IMG/VR virus record: IMGVR_UViG_2840904412_000002
Location: 1 to 64,000 of that record
DNA: 64,000 nt
Strand: one strand, 5' to 3'
From: a virus
Taxonomy: Duplodnaviria; Caudoviricetes
This document shows, in pieces, positions 10,078 to 20,941 of the stretch. Position 1 is the stretch's first letter. Each line of letters starts with the position of its first letter. A program made the position numbers and the translations under genes. The notes beneath the pieces were generated by a model. That model had not been told where the DNA came from and made no database searches. It worked only from the letters and a program-made list of their open reading frames with translations.

Positions 10078-10483
10078 ACCAAAAAGAATATGGCACCAAC
10101 CTGTTAACTTTGCTCCTACAAACAACCTAGCAGGAGCAAACCCTACATTTTTTCCTAAAAAGAGACAACGAGCTAAAGAGACAAAAGGTTATGAGTACCG
10201 TATTCAGCTTATTAAAAAGTTTGAGAATGTCTCAAATTCAGATGTTAGTATGCAAAAAAAATATATATTAAATCTTATTAGTCGAGACTTGCATTTACCT
10301 GAAAAATATATTACACTAAAACAGAAAGGTACTAAAAAAGAAACCATAATGTGTACAGATAGAGTATATTATGTGTACCGTTCTAAAAAATTAATTGGTA
10401 AGTGCTCAATTAGAGAGCAAAGAACATTTAAAAATACTCATTTAATTTTTATATTTAAACTAAGGAAAAGGAAGATAAACTAA
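10061..10483 (+). CDS. Basic hypothetical protein
   Basis: K/R-rich ORF. Confidence 0.7.
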   Translation: MKKKDKPKRIWHQPVNFAPTNNLAGANPTFFPKKRQRAKETKGYEYRIQLIKKFENVSNSDVSMQKKYILNLISRDLHLPEKYITLKQKGTKKETIMCTDRVYYVYRSKKLIGKCSIREQRTFKNTHLIFIFKLRKRKIN

Positions 10484-11275
10484 ATGGAAATGATTAATAA
10501 AGAAACCGCTATTAGTATGTCTACATTACTTAAAAAATTAAAAAAAGGACCTACTATTGTAGGTGCAGGATATGGCTCCGAGCTATTCCCTTATCAGCTA
10601 TTAGTAGAGCCTTATATAGAGGTAGAGGAATCTGAGGATGGGTTTTTGAAAGTGTACAATAAAGTATTTGTTCCTTCTCATAAAGTAACAGAGTTTAATA
10701 ATTTCAGTATTGTATTGGAAAATGCTATGTTAGGCTACACTACTAAATTACAAAAGCAAAATAAAAATACTTTTGATATTATGACTTCTTATAAGGAAGA
10801 TAAAGATATTCACGAGTATGCTATTTCTAGTGTATTTGACAGTCCTACTATTACTAAGTCTTCTTTTACAATTAGTAAAAAGAAGTTTACTGTGTATAAA
10901 CTTACAGAAACACAAGTTACATCCTTAGACTTTAAAGACTTTACACATACACTATATTTAGTAGTACCGGAAGATGATGGCTTTCCTAAAGGTAGACTAA
11001 GTAAGACAGAAACACAACACTTTCTTAATCTATTCTCAGATACTAAAGTGATACCAGAAACAATTAACGCTGTATCTTCTTCAAGAAGTAATGTAAGTTT
11101 TGATATGTACGAACCTAATGGATTTATTCTTATTTTCAAAGCTAACATTTATGAATTAGGCTCTAAAAACCACAATGTCTCTTTTCACAAAGACCTTATT
11201 AAAGGTAGTACTCTAGGTAATAACACTATTACAATACATTTGAAGAATTCACATGAATTACAGTTATTTTGGTAA
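10484..11275 (+). CDS. Hypothetical protein
   Basis: 263-aa ORF. Confidence 0.75.
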   Translation: MEMINKETAISMSTLLKKLKKGPTIVGAGYGSELFPYQLLVEPYIEVEESEDGFLKVYNKVFVPSHKVTEFNNFSIVLENAMLGYTTKLQKQNKNTFDIMTSYKEDKDIHEYAISSVFDSPTITKSSFTISKKKFTVYKLTETQVTSLDFKDFTHTLYLVVPEDDGFPKGRLSKTETQHFLNLFSDTKVIPETINAVSSSRSNVSFDMYEPNGFILIFKANIYELGSKNHNVSFHKDLIKGSTLGNNTITIHLKNSHELQLFW

Positions 11276-11604
11276 TATTTAGTCCAGTTCTATTATTTTT
11301 ATATATAACAAAATAGTTAATAAAAATAATGACAAGTAGTGTAGTATAAAAAAGTAACAGTAAAATATTGAAAAATATTTTTATAATTTATATTCATTTT
11401 GAAAATAATTACCATAGAAATTTACTACTAGATAGTTAATAGTTTATTTCTATGGTTTTTTAAAAATAAAATTTAGGAAAAATAGTGATATATTAAGTAT
11501 GAAATACCCTTTGAAACCTTATTCTAAAAGGGTTATAGTAGTTTAATATAAAGTGTTTCAATATTAGTTTAACTTATTATATTAATAAAGGAAGATACAT
11601 AAAT

Positions 11605-12333
11605 ATGGCTAGAAAAAAGATGAGAAATAAAAACGATAAGACTCTAAAAGTTGTACCCGAGAAGAAAAGTATTCTTGTAGAGTTATACGAGAATAAACTT
11701 CTACGTACAAAAGTAGATAATGCAATTGATGAGGACCTAGGTTATGACTACATCATAGAACTATGTAAAGAGTATGGGTTAGAATTATCTAAGTCTGCTA
11801 TTAGTAGATATAAAACTAAACGTAGAGAAGCTATTCAAAATGGTTGGGACTTAGGGGAATATATTGATGGAAGAAAGAAAAATAATGTTTCTTCTATTGA
11901 AGATAAAGAAGTAGATGTATCTAGTAAAGTAAACCCTTCACATCCATTTGAAGTAGCTAAGAAAAAAACACAAGATATTTATGATGATATTGAGGTTCTT
12001 GATAATATTATCCAAGCAGGTGCTTTAGGATTACAATACGTAGATACTGTAGACCCTGCTCTAGCTATTAAGGCTATGGAAACTAAACATAAAATTACAA
12101 ATGGACAGTTACAAGGAATGAGCCTTATTGGTATGCGTGAGCTTTTAGTTAAACAAAACGCCCGAGATACCGCAATAACTCAAGTTATTCTAGAGTACAT
12201 CCCAGAAGAAAAACATGAGGAAGTTATGGAGCGTTTAGAAGAAACAGAAAAAGAATTCTATGAAAACTTAGACCTAGATGAAGAAGATATGAAGTTAAAA
12301 CAAGCATTGGATAGAGTAGGATACTCTATTTAG
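11605..12333 (+). CDS. Conserved hypothetical protein (HTH-like N-terminus)
   Basis: ELSKSAISRYK; late-type TATTATATTA at 11575-11584. Confidence 0.7.
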   Translation: MARKKMRNKNDKTLKVVPEKKSILVELYENKLLRTKVDNAIDEDLGYDYIIELCKEYGLELSKSAISRYKTKRREAIQNGWDLGEYIDGRKKNNVSSIEDKEVDVSSKVNPSHPFEVAKKKTQDIYDDIEVLDNIIQAGALGLQYVDTVDPALAIKAMETKHKITNGQLQGMSLIGMRELLVKQNARDTAITQVILEYIPEEKHEEVMERLEETEKEFYENLDLDEEDMKLKQALDRVGYSI

Positions 12334-12347
12334 AATAGGAGAAGTAT

Positions 12348-12812
12348 ATGGTAGAAGAAATAGTATTTAAACAGTTAGAAGAGGCACAACCTATTAAAGA
12401 ATTAAGTACAATTATTAGATATTTAGAAGAAGGTAAAGTTCTATTGGTTAAACAAGAAAACCAAGGAGATATTATTGTAAAACTTACAAGTAACAGTACA
12501 AATGGACATAAAATGACTTATATTAGCAGAGATATTAAAGAAGAGTCGAGCTACTATAAAAGACATTGGGCGCCTTTTGATATTAGTATTAATGCTTTTA
12601 TTGCTTTTGATGTTTACTTAGCAGAAGATGTTAATAAGTATAATTATAATAATAAGTTTAATATTAAGGATATTGTAGAATTTGTAGCAGGAGATAGTAA
12701 GGACATTGCTTATGTGCATGATGTATTTACTGATGGCAGTAAGTTTCTATACAGCTTAACAGGGGAAGAAAGATTATTTGAAGAATATGAATTACGTAAA
12801 GTTAATCGTTGA
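12348..12812 (+). CDS. Hypothetical protein
   Basis: ORF with RBS. Confidence 0.75.
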   Translation: MVEEIVFKQLEEAQPIKELSTIIRYLEEGKVLLVKQENQGDIIVKLTSNSTNGHKMTYISRDIKEESSYYKRHWAPFDISINAFIAFDVYLAEDVNKYNYNNKFNIKDIVEFVAGDSKDIAYVHDVFTDGSKFLYSLTGEERLFEEYELRKVNR

Positions 12813-12867
12813 CAAAGTATATGAGTTATGGTAAAGTATGTATATACTTATTAAAGGAGAGATTATA

Positions 12868-13299
12868 ATGATTATTTACTTAAATGAGGAAGAGAAAAAT
12901 TTAGTAGGAGGTAAAAAGTATACTCCCCTAGAAGCTAAATTTAGAACTAAGAAAGAAAAAGATATTGTAGAGATGTATCGTAAAGGGCATCCTGTTACTG
13001 ATATTTGCAATGTACATAATATTAGTATGGGATTACTATATACTGTAATTAACAACCATAAATTAGGTAAACGCAATATTACGAAAAACCTACAAAAGAA
13101 AATTTCACATGTTTTAAATAATAAAGAAAAACTAGAAAACTTGTTGAATGATTATGGTAAGTTAACAAATAAAGATATTTACCATAAGTACCAAATTCAT
13201 AAAAACGGACTATATTATATCTTAGATTTATATAATATTGATAGAAAACAAGGTACTAAAGAAGAGGTATTATCAGATAGTATTGTAATTGAAGAGTAA
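12868..13299 (+). CDS. Tandem HTH DNA-binding protein
   Basis: Two HTH-like repeats (DICNVHNISMGLLY; DIYHKYQIHKNGLY). Confidence 0.65.
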   Translation: MIIYLNEEEKNLVGGKKYTPLEAKFRTKKEKDIVEMYRKGHPVTDICNVHNISMGLLYTVINNHKLGKRNITKNLQKKISHVLNNKEKLENLLNDYGKLTNKDIYHKYQIHKNGLYYILDLYNIDRKQGTKEEVLSDSIVIEE

Positions 13300-13311
13300 G
13301 GTGCTGATAGT

Positions 13312-13980
13312 ATGAATTATCAAGAAAGACTACGAGAAATTAGAAAAAATAGTACACAAAAAAAAGCTAGGACTAGCAAAAACTACACTTTAAGTGAGCT
13401 AGAAGTATCCCTATTTGATAAAGATAGTGATGTTATTAGTCCTTTTACAAGTGTAACTAAAGATGATATTATTAAAGGTAATGAATTATTTATTGCTTCT
13501 TTACCTAATGATATAACACTTGAAGATGGGACTACTTTAGAGAAAGGACAATATATTGGTAATAGTATAGGTAGACTAGCAGATATGGAGAAACTAGAGG
13601 ACTCAGGTATATATTCTAAAAGTCTTTATGAAAACGGACATAGAATTAACTTACTTGCAGTTATCAAAAATCCTAAGTCTGTATATACACAAAAAGATTT
13701 AGTATTAGATGTTAAAAATAAAACTGAGGTTAAAGATATAACAACTAAAAGTGCTTTTGTAATATCTAAACAAAAGGTAGATTACCTAGAGCTTGTAGAT
13801 ACCTACTATTTTGATAAGCTCATAGATGATGTCCTTAAAAATTATAATAACTTATCTAATCCTAATAACTTACTTAAGAGATATATTAAAAATAAAAAAA
13901 CTTTAAGTGAGGGTAAAAGAATGATTTATTGTCCTTTACTAGATGAATGTTTAGCTATAGTAGGTGACTCTAATGAGTAG
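13312..13980 (+). CDS. Hypothetical protein
   Basis: 222-aa ORF. Confidence 0.75.
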   Translation: MNYQERLREIRKNSTQKKARTSKNYTLSELEVSLFDKDSDVISPFTSVTKDDIIKGNELFIASLPNDITLEDGTTLEKGQYIGNSIGRLADMEKLEDSGIYSKSLYENGHRINLLAVIKNPKSVYTQKDLVLDVKNKTEVKDITTKSAFVISKQKVDYLELVDTYYFDKLIDDVLKNYNNLSNPNNLLKRYIKNKKTLSEGKRMIYCPLLDECLAIVGDSNE

Positions 13981-14368
13981 TAAGAAGTGGTTATTTTATA
14001 TCATAGTATTAGCTGTGTTAACAAGTGCTGTGTTTGCATACTCGTGGACTTCTATATACTATGAGAAAAACACGTATGAATCTGGTGTAGTACAAGACAG
14101 TGAAGTAAATAACACAAAGAATAATGGTGACGTAGAGTATGTTACAACAGTAACACTAAAAAAAGATACGGATAAAAAAGCTACCTTTATGAATGATTTA
14201 CCTAACTTCTTACCTGGTAGGATAGATAATAAAACAATAGATAAGAGTTTCTATAAATCTAGTGATTTTCGTGAAGGAGAGAGATTCAAGCTCTACAGAA
14301 TATACACAAAAGATAGCAATGGTGAAGTAATTCATAAATACCGTTTTGAAAAGGAAGTAGATAAATAG
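13973..14368 (+). CDS. Membrane-anchored protein
   Basis: N-terminal TM helix. Confidence 0.7.
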   Translation: MSSKKWLFYIIVLAVLTSAVFAYSWTSIYYEKNTYESGVVQDSEVNNTKNNGDVEYVTTVTLKKDTDKKATFMNDLPNFLPGRIDNKTIDKSFYKSSDFREGERFKLYRIYTKDSNGEVIHKYRFEKEVDK

Positions 14369-14498
14369 TGGCTCCGCTAACTATATCAATTGTAGTAGGT
14401 ATCTGTATTGTATACTATTTATTGGAGAAAGATTAGGTCAAGAAAACACTTGACCTTTTTTATTTGTCTATATATAATAATGAGTAGAGGTGATAGAT

Positions 14499-14738
14499 GT
14501 GGGAAATTTAAAAACATTTTATGAGGAAGTCAGACATTTGGAAAATAGAAATATTGCTAAAGACCAAGTAATATTAGAGGCAATGGAGACATATAGTAGA
14601 TTAAGAGGAACATTAACAAATAGGCAATTAAGTATTGACATCTTTTTAAATTATGGTATAGTAGAATATATGAAGTATAAAAAACATTTACGTAGGTTAC
14701 AAAAGTGTGTTTTAAATACATATACGGAAGGAGAATAA
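14499..14738 (+). CDS. Hypothetical protein
   Basis: ORF after sigmaA promoter. Confidence 0.6.
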   Translation: MGNLKTFYEEVRHLENRNIAKDQVILEAMETYSRLRGTLTNRQLSIDIFLNYGIVEYMKYKKHLRRLQKCVLNTYTEGE

Positions 14739-14740
14739 CT

Positions 14741-14962
14741 ATGATTAAAGAAAAGTTTTATAATGAATTGAGTTACTACAGAGATGGACATAAAGATTTG
14801 GAAAGTATGTTTGAGTTAGCATTAGAGTATATTAACAAGTTAGAAGAAGAGGAACAAGCAATAGCTGAGTATGAAGAGACTATCGATGAGAATTTAGAAG
14901 ATGCTATTGATACAATTGAAAGCCAGTTAGAGATTATCAAAGATTTGGTTAAATGGACGTAA
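14741..14962 (+). CDS. Acidic hypothetical protein
   Basis: RBS AAGGAG. Confidence 0.7.
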   Translation: MIKEKFYNELSYYRDGHKDLESMFELALEYINKLEEEEQAIAEYEETIDENLEDAIDTIESQLEIIKDLVKWT

Positions 14963-14966
14963 TTTG

Positions 14967-15134
14967 ATGAGTAGTTTTGATGAATTCCTCAAGAAAGAGA
15001 TTAAAAAAGTTAAAAAACCGTATAGTAAACAAAAGAAGAAAGTAGAAACACCTATAGAAGAAGTACAAGAAAAGTTAGCTAAAATTAGAAGTAAATCAAA
15101 TTATATGGACTTAGGTAGGAGGTATAATAAATGA
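14967..15134 (+). CDS. Small basic hypothetical protein (55 aa, not in ORF track)
   Basis: MSSFDEFLKKEIKK...; stop overlaps next start (ATGA). Confidence 0.55.
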   Translation: MSSFDEFLKKEIKKVKKPYSKQKKKVETPIEEVQEKLAKIRSKSNYMDLGRRYNK

Positions 15135-15337
15135 AATCATACACAAGCAAAAGAGTATCTGCTAGTATTGAGGAAATGAAGCAACACAAAGACTTTAGAT
15201 TATTATTTGGGTTTGATGATGTAACTTTGTATCTACTTAGTGAACAAGAAAATGCTAAAACATTCCCAATGGATAAGAAAGAACTAGATAAAGTAGAGAA
15301 GAAATATTCTAAAGAGAAGTTCTTCACATACTTATAA
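15131..15337 (+). CDS. Hypothetical protein
   Basis: RBS AGGAGG. Confidence 0.7.
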   Translation: MKSYTSKRVSASIEEMKQHKDFRLLFGFDDVTLYLLSEQENAKTFPMDKKELDKVEKKYSKEKFFTYL

Positions 15338-15349
15338 AGAGGTGAATTT

Positions 15350-15550
15350 ATGTTAGTAGCGTTAGTAGGTATTTGGTCTTTACTATTTATATGTGTAGTA
15401 TTAAATATCAAATTAAATAATATTTTCGTTATAGGAGATTACGTAGAGTTTAAGGACAGGGTTGTAGCAACAGTATTTTTCTTATTCTTAAGTTTAACTA
15501 TGGTTATTGGATTATTAATTATATTCAAAGGAGTATATGGACAATGGTAA
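15350..15550 (+). CDS. Small membrane protein
   Basis: Two TM segments. Confidence 0.65.
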   Translation: MLVALVGIWSLLFICVVLNIKLNNIFVIGDYVEFKDRVVATVFFLFLSLTMVIGLLIIFKGVYGQW

Positions 15551-15822
15551 AAGAGAATATTAAAGAACTTTTAGGATGTATCTGTAATTGTGTAGATTCC
15601 TTTATGCCAACAGGAAAAAGTTACGTAATTTATACTGATAATAAAGTGATTGTTAAGCACAAGGGTAGTATTGTTGTAATTATTGAAGATGATGTAGTAT
15701 ATGGTAATGTCTCTCAACTAAAAACTGGTACTATAGAGAAGCAAACATTATACACTTTAGTTAAAGCACTTCAATATTTAGTAAGTTTAGATTATCGTGA
15801 AAGAGAAGATGTAAATATTTAA
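15544..15822 (+). CDS. Hypothetical protein
   Basis: ORF with RBS. Confidence 0.65.
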   Translation: MVKENIKELLGCICNCVDSFMPTGKSYVIYTDNKVIVKHKGSIVVIIEDDVVYGNVSQLKTGTIEKQTLYTLVKALQYLVSLDYREREDVNI

Positions 15823-15900
15823 AAAAGTTTAGGGAATCTGTTGACATTCAGATTCCCTTTTGTTATACTTTAATTAAGATAAGAAAAGGAGTTGTTTATT

Positions 15901-16485
15901 ATGAAAAAAGTATTTATTGCAGGAAGTTTAGGTTTAATGCTATTCGTGGGTGGTTGTGGTAATCAGCCAACACACCATCAAGAAGTAACTTTAGAAGACA
16001 GAGACACACAAACTGAAGAAGTAAAAGCACAAGATAATAATAGTAATCAAACAGCAGAGTTTAATGGAGAAGTTAATCCAAATGGTAACGGAGCTCCACA
16101 ACATGTTACGAATACACCTAGTGGAGATAAAGAAGTAACAGAGTTATTTGAGAAAGATTTTCAAGATATTGCAGACCAAACTGCTACCCTAAGAGGCTCT
16201 ATTGATGGGTTTATAAGCTCTGAAACAAATATTAAAGCAGGAACTTCTGTGTTAAAGGCAAATAGAATTGTAGACCATGTAGATGCACTTTATGACACTA
16301 CAGAAGACGAGACAATTATTAAAGGACAACTACAACAAATGGCTGACTTATATAAGAAATCAGCGGACAACCTTGAGAGATATGAAGACACTTTAGATGA
16401 GCAATACTTAAATAGAGGTAAAGAACAATATCAACAAGCATATGATTTAGAAATTCAAGCTAAGCAAGGTACTAATATAATTTAG
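15901..16485 (+). CDS. Lipoprotein
   Basis: MKK + hydrophobic stretch + lipobox VGGC. Confidence 0.75.
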   Translation: MKKVFIAGSLGLMLFVGGCGNQPTHHQEVTLEDRDTQTEEVKAQDNNSNQTAEFNGEVNPNGNGAPQHVTNTPSGDKEVTELFEKDFQDIADQTATLRGSIDGFISSETNIKAGTSVLKANRIVDHVDALYDTTEDETIIKGQLQQMADLYKKSADNLERYEDTLDEQYLNRGKEQYQQAYDLEIQAKQGTNII

Positions 16486-16497
16486 GGGGAATAAACA

Positions 16498-18387
16498 ATG
16501 AAATTTAAAAAATTACAAAAATCACCAGAAGAACTAATTATAAATTCTAAAGCTGTGACAGGCTCAACATTAGTATATGGGGATAAGATTTACTATAAAT
16601 CAAAGAAAGACAAAGTAGATGTACTAGCACCCTTAGATATGTTTTATGATATAAAATATGTGCTTAATAATACTACTGCATCTATTATTTTATTTAGAGC
16701 TTTATGTGGACACCCTAAATTAACAAAATTTAAAGGAGACTACAAAGAAGTATTATATAAAATTAATGAAGAAAAAGTAAAATTCAATAACTTAGATTAT
16801 GAGTACTTTTACAATGACCAAGTAAAACTTGATTCACAAGAAGAACAAGAAAAACTAACCAACTTTCTTTCACTTCCTTTAAATGAGAAAATCCAGTACA
16901 AATCAGTAAGACGCAGAGAGCACGTACGAGACTCACATAGCTATCAAAATATGTATTCTTATCCTTGGGTTGTTAATAGGTACTCTACTGAAGAGAAAGC
17001 TAAACTCAAAGAACTATATACTAGTGTAGGGTCTACTCTATCTGATATTGTATTTGATAATTTATATTCTAATGGTAAAGGTCATATGTATGATAAAGAT
17101 AATATGACATTATTAAAGTTAATAGGAATGTTTGAACCTCAATCATACAATGGTAATAGTTATTATGTTAAAGTAAAATATTTTAGAGACTTAGAAGATA
17201 TTCTGCCAGAAACTAAAATTAAAGAATCACACCTAAATACTAAGACTGGAGACTTATATATTAAAGTAGATGGTGCTTACTCATACAGCTTCTCTATGAA
17301 CATATATAAAGAAGAGTATACCAAGGAATACTATAAACAAGGCTTAACTTTTAAAACATTAGTAGAGGCAATAAAGATACACTATATTAAATATAGTTCT
17401 ATGACAAACAATGTATTATCACAACTTAACAATGACATAGTAAAAAGCGTTTTAGTATTAGATAGAATTATTAATTCTCCTTATACTGAGCTATTTGACA
17501 ATGTGTCTAACTATATAACTATACCTAAAACAAAAAAGTGGAAACTACAAGATTTATTAGGTATTTCTAAACAACAGCTAGAAAAATTAAATGAGTACAA
17601 TAAGCATGAACAACGCAATTATATTATGATGGTAGATATATTAAAAACATATTATAAAGCACTTTACACAGAAGAAAACTTAAATAAGTTAAATGATACC
17701 ACATTTTTAATGTTAAACCATAATCACTCTATCGTATATGTACTTAGAGAATTGAGCAAATACTATAGTATTAGTTTCTCACAATTAAAAAAGATAGTAG
17801 AATACGTGGATGTAGATGCTCATGAAAGACAATGTATTGGGAATGTTAAATATACTTATATTGATTATATAAGAATCTATCAAAGGCTAGTTAGTGCGGG
17901 ATACAGAACTTTAGACAGTATTAATTTCACACCATTTTCTTTAAAGTTAGAACATGATATTATATCTCATGAATATGTAATGTTGAAAGACGATGTTGAT
18001 GACTCGATATTAGAAAGTAAATATGACTCAACTTATGATGTCATCACAAAGAAAAAATATAAGTACAATGGTGAGAATATTGTATTCCTTCCTGCAGACT
18101 CTAAAGATAAACTAAAGGATGAGGGTAAGAGTTTATCTCATTGCGTTGGTGGATATACATCTAGAATTATAGAAGGTAAATGCGTAATATTCCTTGCTCG
18201 TAAAGAAAAAAATATTGATGAGTCATGGTTTACAGTTGAAATTAGAAAGACTGTTAATGGTTTAGTCTTAGGGCAACAACAGTCTATTAATAAATATAAG
18301 TTGCCACCTGAATTAAAAGAACAACTAGAAAAAGATATTAGAAAGATTAATGCAAAGCATCAAGATGAATTACAGAAAGCCTCTTGA
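16498..18387 (+). CDS. PcfJ-domain protein
   Basis: C-terminal LKDEGKSLSHCVGGY..IFLAR...FTVEI signature. Confidence 0.75.
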   Translation: MKFKKLQKSPEELIINSKAVTGSTLVYGDKIYYKSKKDKVDVLAPLDMFYDIKYVLNNTTASIILFRALCGHPKLTKFKGDYKEVLYKINEEKVKFNNLDYEYFYNDQVKLDSQEEQEKLTNFLSLPLNEKIQYKSVRRREHVRDSHSYQNMYSYPWVVNRYSTEEKAKLKELYTSVGSTLSDIVFDNLYSNGKGHMYDKDNMTLLKLIGMFEPQSYNGNSYYVKVKYFRDLEDILPETKIKESHLNTKTGDLYIKVDGAYSYSFSMNIYKEEYTKEYYKQGLTFKTLVEAIKIHYIKYSSMTNNVLSQLNNDIVKSVLVLDRIINSPYTELFDNVSNYITIPKTKKWKLQDLLGISKQQLEKLNEYNKHEQRNYIMMVDILKTYYKALYTEENLNKLNDTTFLMLNHNHSIVYVLRELSKYYSISFSQLKKIVEYVDVDAHERQCIGNVKYTYIDYIRIYQRLVSAGYRTLDSINFTPFSLKLEHDIISHEYVMLKDDVDDSILESKYDSTYDVITKKKYKYNGENIVFLPADSKDKLKDEGKSLSHCVGGYTSRIIEGKCVIFLARKEKNIDESWFTVEIRKTVNGLVLGQQQSINKYKLPPELKEQLEKDIRKINAKHQDELQKAS

Positions 18388-18425
18388 CAGAGGTTCTTCT
18401 GTAGTATATAATAAGGGGGAATTAT

Positions 18426-18743
18426 ATGAGGTCTAGGGAGTATTATGAAAATAAAGCTAAAAAGAAGATTACTAGGATTTTCAAAAAGCAAATAAAAAGA
18501 AAATACAAGGAAGAAACTAAAAAAGGTAAATTTACAACATTTACTTACAAAGAAATTGAAATAGAAAGCGCATATGGAAATTTGTATTTATTTAGTATTC
18601 ATAGAGAATTATTACTAGATTGTTTTATTAAAGCATTGGAAGAGCTGAACACCAAGTATAACATATCTTATAATACCGATACATGGTATTTTACAATAAA
18701 AAGTAAAAAGATTAATAAAAAATATAAGGAGTGTGTATCTTAA
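18426..18743 (+). CDS. Hypothetical protein
   Basis: ORF with promoter and RBS. Confidence 0.65.
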   Translation: MRSREYYENKAKKKITRIFKKQIKRKYKEETKKGKFTTFTYKEIEIESAYGNLYLFSIHRELLLDCFIKALEELNTKYNISYNTDTWYFTIKSKKINKKYKECVS

Positions 18744-18946
18744 TGAAACACGTAGAATTAAGAGAAGATGAATTAGGAAATCAATATATTTTCTTCCATA
18801 AGAGTGATGTAGAACCAAAATATGCTGTTCCATGCTTAGACTTAAATAAAGGGACTTTAGGTATGGTAGAAAAGATAGATATTGCAGAAGTATTTCCATT
18901 GTTAGTAGGACACATTGACACAAATGATTTGAAAAAATATATTTAG
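18743..18946 (+). CDS. Hypothetical protein
   Basis: ORF with RBS AAGGAG. Confidence 0.6.
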   Translation: MKHVELREDELGNQYIFFHKSDVEPKYAVPCLDLNKGTLGMVEKIDIAEVFPLLVGHIDTNDLKKYI

Positions 18947-18967
18947 GGAAGAATTTTATAAGTAATC

Positions 18968-19038
18968 TAGACTTAGGTGTTGACATTAACCTAAGTCTTT
19001 TGTATAATTAAGATATAGATAAGGAGGAATTAATTATG
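18968..19038 (+). repeat. Terminator-promoter-RBS cassette, copy 1 (copy 2 at ~20874-20944)
   Basis: TAGACTTAGGT..ATTAACCTAAGTCTTTTGTATAATTAA..TATAGATAAGGAGGAATTAATTATG shared. Confidence 0.85.
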
Positions 19039-19383
19039 AATAAGAATCTAAAGGTAGTACTAGGAGTTGTTATTTTATTGTTTGTCTTGGTGAGTTGTGT
19101 TAGAACACTATCTACTCCCGATTATGTAGGAGAATGGGAATCTATAGAAGACGGATATGCACATGAATGGGTTGAGTTTACCAAAGATAAAATGATAGTT
19201 AGTGGTAAAGAATATGACATTGAAGCGGAAGAAAAGGGAGAGTCCTCACGCATTAAAGTAAAAGATGTTAACGGAGATGTGCAAATTGACCTTATTATTG
19301 CTTTTAAAGATAAGGATAATGCAACTGTGTATGCGGAAAGTACATTTAGTGATGCACAGGTATTTGACATCGTAAGAAAGTAG
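19036..19383 (+). CDS. Membrane-anchored protein / possible lipoprotein
   Basis: Signal-like N-terminus ending LVSC. Confidence 0.65.
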   Translation: MNKNLKVVLGVVILLFVLVSCVRTLSTPDYVGEWESIEDGYAHEWVEFTKDKMIVSGKEYDIEAEEKGESSRIKVKDVNGDVQIDLIIAFKDKDNATVYAESTFSDAQVFDIVRK

Positions 19384-19391
19384 GTTATGTT

Positions 19392-19946
19392 ATGGACTAT
19401 GTAAACCAGAAAGGAATTGTAAAAGAGAGTCAAGTCAATTTAACTAAACATGCTTTTGAAAGATACCAACTTAGATTCGGTAAACATACTAGAGAACAAG
19501 CTATAAGTTGGATTACAATGGCTTTAAATAACGCTACTTACTTATCTAATGCTAATGGTAGGTCTACTTATGAGTATGATAATGCTAGAATAGTTGTAGA
19601 TAAACATATGAATGTTATTACTATTATGAAAGAAGAGCTTGACTGGAACTCTATTAAAGATACAAGAAGTGATATAGAAGAGTTTATTATAAAGAAGCTA
19701 AGAAAAGAAGTAAAACCTTTTTTAAGGGTAGATAAAGAGTTACAAATCTCTATCTATGAAAAAGAAATTAATAAGTTAAAGACTAATAATCCTACAACTA
19801 AAGAATATATTCAAAAAGATATTGACGAACTACTCAATAACAAGGAAAATAACATTACTAAGATTCAAGGAATTATTAGAACTGCTAAAAAGTATTACGT
19901 AAAACCAAATGATATAGTAAAAAACTTAGAAAGCTATGAGGTGTAG
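19392..19946 (+). CDS. Hypothetical protein
   Basis: LTKHAFERY..R N-terminal motif. Confidence 0.7.
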   Translation: MDYVNQKGIVKESQVNLTKHAFERYQLRFGKHTREQAISWITMALNNATYLSNANGRSTYEYDNARIVVDKHMNVITIMKEELDWNSIKDTRSDIEEFIIKKLRKEVKPFLRVDKELQISIYEKEINKLKTNNPTTKEYIQKDIDELLNNKENNITKIQGIIRTAKKYYVKPNDIVKNLESYEV

Positions 19947-19949
19947 GTT

Positions 19950-20594
19950 ATGGAAATTAAATTGAATAAAGAAGAAAAGGGTTTGTTAGGTATTAAAACT
20001 AGAAATCATTTAGATAGTAGTAAACAACCTAAGAATGGTTGGAGAACAATTCCATTCAATGGATATTATGAGGCTCATCCTAGTGGGTTAATTAGAAATA
20101 AGTATAGTAAGAAACTTATTAAAGGTACTCAAACACGTAAATATAATAAGTTTACTAGCCAAGAGATTGTATATCTATTAGTTCCTAAAAAAACAACTTA
20201 TTCTAGAGCTAAAATTATTGCAAGTACCTTTCCAGAAAAGATTAGTCAGTCTAAAGGAGATTTAAGCAATGGTTATGTTTGTTTTAAAGATGGGGATAGA
20301 ACTAATTGTAATGTAAAAAACTTATTTATTGGTAAAGGGAAATTACGAAATGCTGTATATAAGGTAAATAACTCCTTTATGACAAATAAGGACATTGTTA
20401 ACTTCGTAAACAGTTTAACTAATGATAGTATTGGTAATAGTTTTAAACATATATTAGACAAAACTGAGTGTATTAGGGAAAGTAAAGACTATACTATTAT
20501 TAAAAAAGGTAAAAGAATTAGTATTCTTAAGTCAGATAGCAGTTTATTTAGTTTTGTAGTAGAAAGAAAACCAATTGAAAGAGGTAGAGTATAA
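19950..20594 (+). CDS. NUMOD4/HNH-like protein (degenerate HNH)
   Basis: WRTIPFNGYYEAHPSGLIRN (NUMOD4-like); FKDGDRTNCNVKNL. Confidence 0.55.
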   Translation: MEIKLNKEEKGLLGIKTRNHLDSSKQPKNGWRTIPFNGYYEAHPSGLIRNKYSKKLIKGTQTRKYNKFTSQEIVYLLVPKKTTYSRAKIIASTFPEKISQSKGDLSNGYVCFKDGDRTNCNVKNLFIGKGKLRNAVYKVNNSFMTNKDIVNFVNSLTNDSIGNSFKHILDKTECIRESKDYTIIKKGKRISILKSDSSLFSFVVERKPIERGRV

Positions 20595-20836
20595 TGGGAA
20601 CTTTAATTTTAATTTTACAATGGATTGGTCTAATATTATTATTAGGAGTACTACAAATTTTTTCTATTAAGAGCGTGAATCGTATTGATGATATAAAATA
20701 CTACTTATTATCTTGTTTTACATTCATTGTAATTTTCTTCCTAGTAGAAAGTATGGCAGGGTACACAGAATATTTAATGTTTGTTATTTTATTTATCATT
20801 CTTATTAATACAATCCAAAGTAAGAAAGTAAAGTAA
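20594..20836 (+). CDS. Membrane protein
   Basis: Three TM segments. Confidence 0.65.
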   Translation: MGTLILILQWIGLILLLGVLQIFSIKSVNRIDDIKYYLLSCFTFIVIFFLVESMAGYTEYLMFVILFIILINTIQSKKVK

Positions 20837-20941
20837 GGATAGGTAAATGTAAAAAAGGTAAATAAAAAAAACTTAGACTTAGGTACTTATATTAACCTAA
20901 GTCTTTTGTATAATTAAAGTATAGATAAGGAGGAATTAATT

